Source of the DNA: an uncultured bacterium
GTDB taxonomy: Bacteria > Acidobacteriota > HRBIN11 > JAKEFK01
Assembly (NCBI GenBank): GCA_963777505.1
Contig: CAVZQN010000003.1
Location: 384,001 to 448,000, forward strand
DNA length: 64,000 bases
Direction of reading: 5' to 3'
Numbering within the stretch: the first letter of the stretch is position 1; each line of letters begins with the position of its first letter. A program made the position numbers and the translations under genes. A model generated the notes under the pieces. That model did no database searches, was not told the origin of the DNA, and worked only from the letters and a program-made list of their open reading frames with translations. Shown one piece after another: positions 60,524-64,000 of this stretch.

Positions 60524-62719
60524 TTATTGGAGTGCTAATTGCGCGCGTTTGATTTCGCGCTGAAGGGAAGGGCCATCATCGGAAAAAATTGTGTTTTGGG
60601 AAAAGCGTGCAGCTTCCTGCAAACTTTCACCTGATTCTTTTTTATACCCAAGCTCACGATAACATTGCGAAATGCGATATTGAACCGTGCCCGGACCGAT
60701 TCCAACCTGTCTATCCAGCTGTACCTGTCGAAGTTGTTCAAATGCCAGATCATATTCGGCGAAATGCATATGACAAAGTCCGATATTTAACAACGCAACA
60801 TTTTTTTCAAGCGGATTCGTACTTAAGCTGTACGCTTTTTTAAACGCAATCAACTGCCGATTAAATAACAACGAAGGATTATTGAACTGAATTTCCATCG
60901 GACTATTCAAGAGTTTTAAAGAGACATCCATCGGTGTCCCGCCACGAATAATTCCAATATTAAGTTGATCCTTTTTCTGGGATTCACGCAAAATGCGCTG
61001 GGCTTCAGCCGAAGTTTTTAGTTCTTTTCCATCAATCGCCGTAACTTGATCACCATGGTTTAATACGGCCGATTCGCCGGATGCTGATAAAAGGACTTGT
61101 GCAACGACAGGCCCCTGAGTGATCAAAGTATCGACTAAATAAACACCCAGGCGTTTTTGAAACAGCGGTTCTTCATAATCCAGCTCAGTCATAAAACGAT
61201 TCCATTCCGCTGCATCAAATACTTGAATTGTCCGCGTATCGGCCATCGAACTCCAATTCGATAGCAGATAAAATTGGACTGTTCTTTGTAGTCTTTCTTT
61301 CGGTACAAATCCGATCAACAGCAAGTCAGATTCAGCCTTTGCACAGAGTTGTTGAATTACATTTCTGCGATCCTTATCAGGCGTATTTGTTTTCAGTCCT
61401 TCCAAGATTGAACGTAAAGTTTCATCTACAACCATTCGCTCTTCGGTTTGGGAATAATCTACAAAATTGAGATTCTGAAGCTGCGATAATTTCTGATTAA
61501 TCTCAATCGTGATCTTATCCAGATCTGACTTCAGAATATCGGGCGCTGCAATCAAACCGAGGAAGGTAAGTGAAGGATTTAGACGTGCATCAATGTTGAG
61601 CGCGTCATTTTTTTTCACATCCAACGTCTTTTCAAACTTTCCCCGCGGACCTTTGATTTTGAGAGTATGTTTGCCGGCGCAGACTTTATGTTTTTGAAGC
61701 GGAGCAATGCCGATATATTCATTGTCGATAAAGATGTTTGCCTTTTCGTCATCGGCTGTTATGTTCAGGTACGCTAAAGATGGAGCGAGGATGATTGGTT
61801 CAAATGGATAATCATTGTTTTCTACGATCGTGATTTTTCTTCGCTGCGTTTCGAAGCATGGTTTCTTAAATTCGACTTCATAGGAACCTGGTTGAAGATC
61901 AGGAACTGCAAACTCACTTGAAAATTCTGCAAGAGGCAGATTTGATGCTAGAGCGGCTTGCTCCGCACGCGGGTTTGCATCACCCGAAGACGTGCCGAGC
62001 AGTTTATCCCCCAAAGAAATCTCTACTGCTTTCGGGTATGTAATGAAATATGCAACGCTCGAACTCCGTTCTAGTTTGAAATTAAATTTCTGCACTTTGC
62101 CAGGTACTACATTAACTGGAGAATTTTGAGAAACGAATCCAGGCTTCGAGATTTCAAGATCATGATCTCCCTTCAAGCTGTAAAGGGAGGCAATGTCAGT
62201 TGTGCCAACTTCAACGCCATCGATTTTGACTGTCGCACCCGGTGGTTCCGTTGTGATGGTGATGACGCCCAGATTCTCATCTTTGATTCGACGAACAAAT
62301 TCGATAATTTTTGGAGAAGTTAGATCCTGGTTCAATTGATAATTTGGATTCAACTCCATGAGTTTCAAAAAAACAAGGCGCGATTTTTCTTGTTCGCCTT
62401 CGTTGTAGTTGGCTTGACCAAGGTAGTCCAGGCTTCGCAGCAATAACAGCAATTCAGGATCAGTAAGGCCGCGCTTTACTTTTTCTTCTGTAATTTGCGT
62501 AATCAAAGTTTCAAACATTGGAATGCTTGAAGCTTGATCAGCGGAATTAAAAATACTTTCAGCTTCCTGAAATGTTTTTGCCCACTCCATCTGCAGCGCT
62601 TCTTCAGCAATCGGCGCTTCCTCTGGCTTTGAGTCAGGCGGAGGAGTTTCTTCCTGCGCGAATGCAAAAACGCACCAAAGAAGAACCACAAAGACACAGA
62701 GTTTCGAAAAAATCTTCAT
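60524..62719 (-). CDS. secreted PEGA-repeat protein with PDZ-like domain and TPR helices
   Basis: Signal peptide; T.PPGA.V.IDG..VG.T and A.IFID..YIG..P PEGA units; GD.VTAIDG...R.G PDZ-like segment. Confidence 0.8.
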   Translation of the reverse strand: MKIFSKLCVFVVLLWCVFAFAQEETPPPDSKPEEAPIAEEALQMEWAKTFQEAESIFNSADQASSIPMFETLITQITEEKVKRGLTDPELLLLLRSLDYLGQANYNEGEQEKSRLVFLKLMELNPNYQLNQDLTSPKIIEFVRRIKDENLGVITITTEPPGATVKIDGVEVGTTDIASLYSLKGDHDLEISKPGFVSQNSPVNVVPGKVQKFNFKLERSSSVAYFITYPKAVEISLGDKLLGTSSGDANPRAEQAALASNLPLAEFSSEFAVPDLQPGSYEVEFKKPCFETQRRKITIVENNDYPFEPIILAPSLAYLNITADDEKANIFIDNEYIGIAPLQKHKVCAGKHTLKIKGPRGKFEKTLDVKKNDALNIDARLNPSLTFLGLIAAPDILKSDLDKITIEINQKLSQLQNLNFVDYSQTEERMVVDETLRSILEGLKTNTPDKDRRNVIQQLCAKAESDLLLIGFVPKERLQRTVQFYLLSNWSSMADTRTIQVFDAAEWNRFMTELDYEEPLFQKRLGVYLVDTLITQGPVVAQVLLSASGESAVLNHGDQVTAIDGKELKTSAEAQRILRESQKKDQLNIGIIRGGTPMDVSLKLLNSPMEIQFNNPSLLFNRQLIAFKKAYSLSTNPLEKNVALLNIGLCHMHFAEYDLAFEQLRQVQLDRQVGIGPGTVQYRISQCYRELGYKKESGESLQEAARFSQNTIFSDDGPSLQREIKRAQLALQ

Positions 62720-64000
62720 CCGATTTTCAAAATCCTTTTTAGATCACGATCGAGAAGGAAAATGGATCCAGAAGGACCTACTGTAATTAACCTTGCATCT
62801 TCAAAAGAGAGCGTGCCCCCTTTTTTGTCTGAAACGATAAACCGTAAAAGGCTTCCATCTGGCGCAAATATAAGAACTCCACGCGGATTTTTGTTTAGCA
62901 CATATAAATGATTGGTACGATCTACCGCAAAATCTTCAATCCTATCAAACGTGTATCCCTTACCGGATGGACCAATTCCGTAGATCGCTTTTCCATCCGG
63001 TGCAAACAAGAAAATTTGTTTGCGCTGCTTATCAAGTGCATAAACCTGATTCCGCGAATTAATGCTTACCTTTGCATATTCACGTTCTGTTTTAGAAAAT
63101 GGCGAATTGGAAATCTGTTTTCGTTCTAAGTCATAGACAAGGATTCCTGGTGTTTTTTCAGAAACAACAAATAGCTCACCAAATGAATTCATAGCTGCTG
63201 ATCGGATTTCATTTAACGGTTCGGGTGGTTTTCCTTCCCGCACAAAACTCAAAGTGGCTGATTCTTTTCCGAGTGATACTCCGGTTTCGGTAGCAACAAT
63301 TACGAGATCGCGATCATCAACAAAAACTGTAAACGGCGAAAGCAAGGAAAAGCTGTTAATTGATTTCCCGGCTGGATCAAAAACCGAAACTAGTTTTTTG
63401 TCCTTGTCAGCAAGGTAAACATTCCCTTTGCTATCGATACCCATTCCCGTCGGATTATCCAGCTCCGGGATCATTGCTGAAAATGAAGAATCGGCAAGGA
63501 ATAATTTCTTATCGGCCTGCGTTGCGATGTGCAATCGATAAATGATGGTGTTGATTTCCCGCGCGGGCTGCGCAAAATCAGAAGTTGGAAATTGATTGAT
63601 TAACTGCTGGAAATCATACGCAGCATCGATATAAGATTCGGAATTCAGAGCGCACAATCCCATTTCATATTGTGCCCTTGGCGCTAATGGACTTCCCGCA
63701 AATCGTACCTTTAGCTTCGAAAACTCTTCATAAGCTTTGTCGTATTCTCCGCGCAGCTTTAATGCAATTCCTGCTCCCACAAGAGATTTATCAACCCATT
63801 CGCTGGAAGGAAAAACGCGAGTCACACGTTCGAAGTTGGCGTAGGCTTCATCAAGATCTTTTGCATCACGTCTGCTCAAGTAAATGAGACCGATATAGTA
63901 GTATGCAGCGGGGGCCGAATTTGAATTCGTGTAGTTGTCTTTAATTTGCTGAAAACTTGTAAGCGCTTGATCCAACTTCTTATCGCGCTCCAGATAATGG
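62716..64000 (-). CDS. BamD/CpoB-like TPR + NHL-repeat beta-propeller protein (5' end outside window)
   Basis: YP.S/FP.S TPR caps, P.G..IDSKGNVY.AD NHL repeats; frame open to the window edge; ATGA overlap with the PEGA gene. Confidence 0.8.
   Translation of the reverse strand, partial: HYLERDKKLDQALTSFQQIKDNYTNSNSAPAAYYYIGLIYLSRRDAKDLDEAYANFERVTRVFPSSEWVDKSLVGAGIALKLRGEYDKAYEEFSKLKVRFAGSPLAPRAQYEMGLCALNSESYIDAAYDFQQLINQFPTSDFAQPAREINTIIYRLHIATQADKKLFLADSSFSAMIPELDNPTGMGIDSKGNVYLADKDKKLVSVFDPAGKSINSFSLLSPFTVFVDDRDLVIVATETGVSLGKESATLSFVREGKPPEPLNEIRSAAMNSFGELFVVSEKTPGILVYDLERKQISNSPFSKTEREYAKVSINSRNQVYALDKQRKQIFLFAPDGKAIYGIGPSGKGYTFDRIEDFAVDRTNHLYVLNKNPRGVLIFAPDGSLLRFIVSDKKGGTLSFEDARLITVGPSGSIFLLDRDLKRILKIG

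Noticed and set aside
45-63887. Numerous short antisense or alternative-frame ORFs in the ORF track
   Set aside because: They overlap well-supported genes and lack motifs or RBS; only those completing frameshifted genes were used.

Overview
A gene-dense, low-to-mid-40s %GC (estimated by eye) bacterial chromosomal window; gene content (orphan MglA, PEGA/TPR/NHL proteins, TPR-tailed Hanks kinase, ispE-tRNA-Gln-prs-rplY-pth-rpsF-rpsR-rplI-dnaB-alr-radA-yacL block) suggests an Acidobacteriota-like organism (inference). Core genes: korAB, ddl, accA, dnaE, guaA, aroA/aroK, a Ni/Co ECF transporter, an RND pump, rsmI and two tRNAs (Gln-TTG, Val-CAC). Accessory genes: a glycosylation cluster with a TMTC-like GT-C enzyme, a BrnT/BrnA toxin-antitoxin pair and several small enzymes. 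At least 8 genes, some essential, are broken by about 12 apparent single-base insertions, most likely consensus errors rather than biology. No CRISPR array, integrase, transposase or reverse transcriptase was seen. Best leads: (1) a two-gene operon with a signal-peptide-less peptidoglycan-binding calpain/papain-like protease plus a non-catalytic FGE-fold partner behind a perfect 20-bp palindrome; (2) an MglA GTPase with a ~300-aa acidic extension and no MglB; (3) a sigma54-driven secreted His/Tyr/Gly/Asn repeat protein; (4) several dispersed repeat families (REP, REPIN-like, a strand-biased 20-mer, heptamer tandems), some co-opted as start codon, stop codon, signal-peptide or C-terminal coding sequence.
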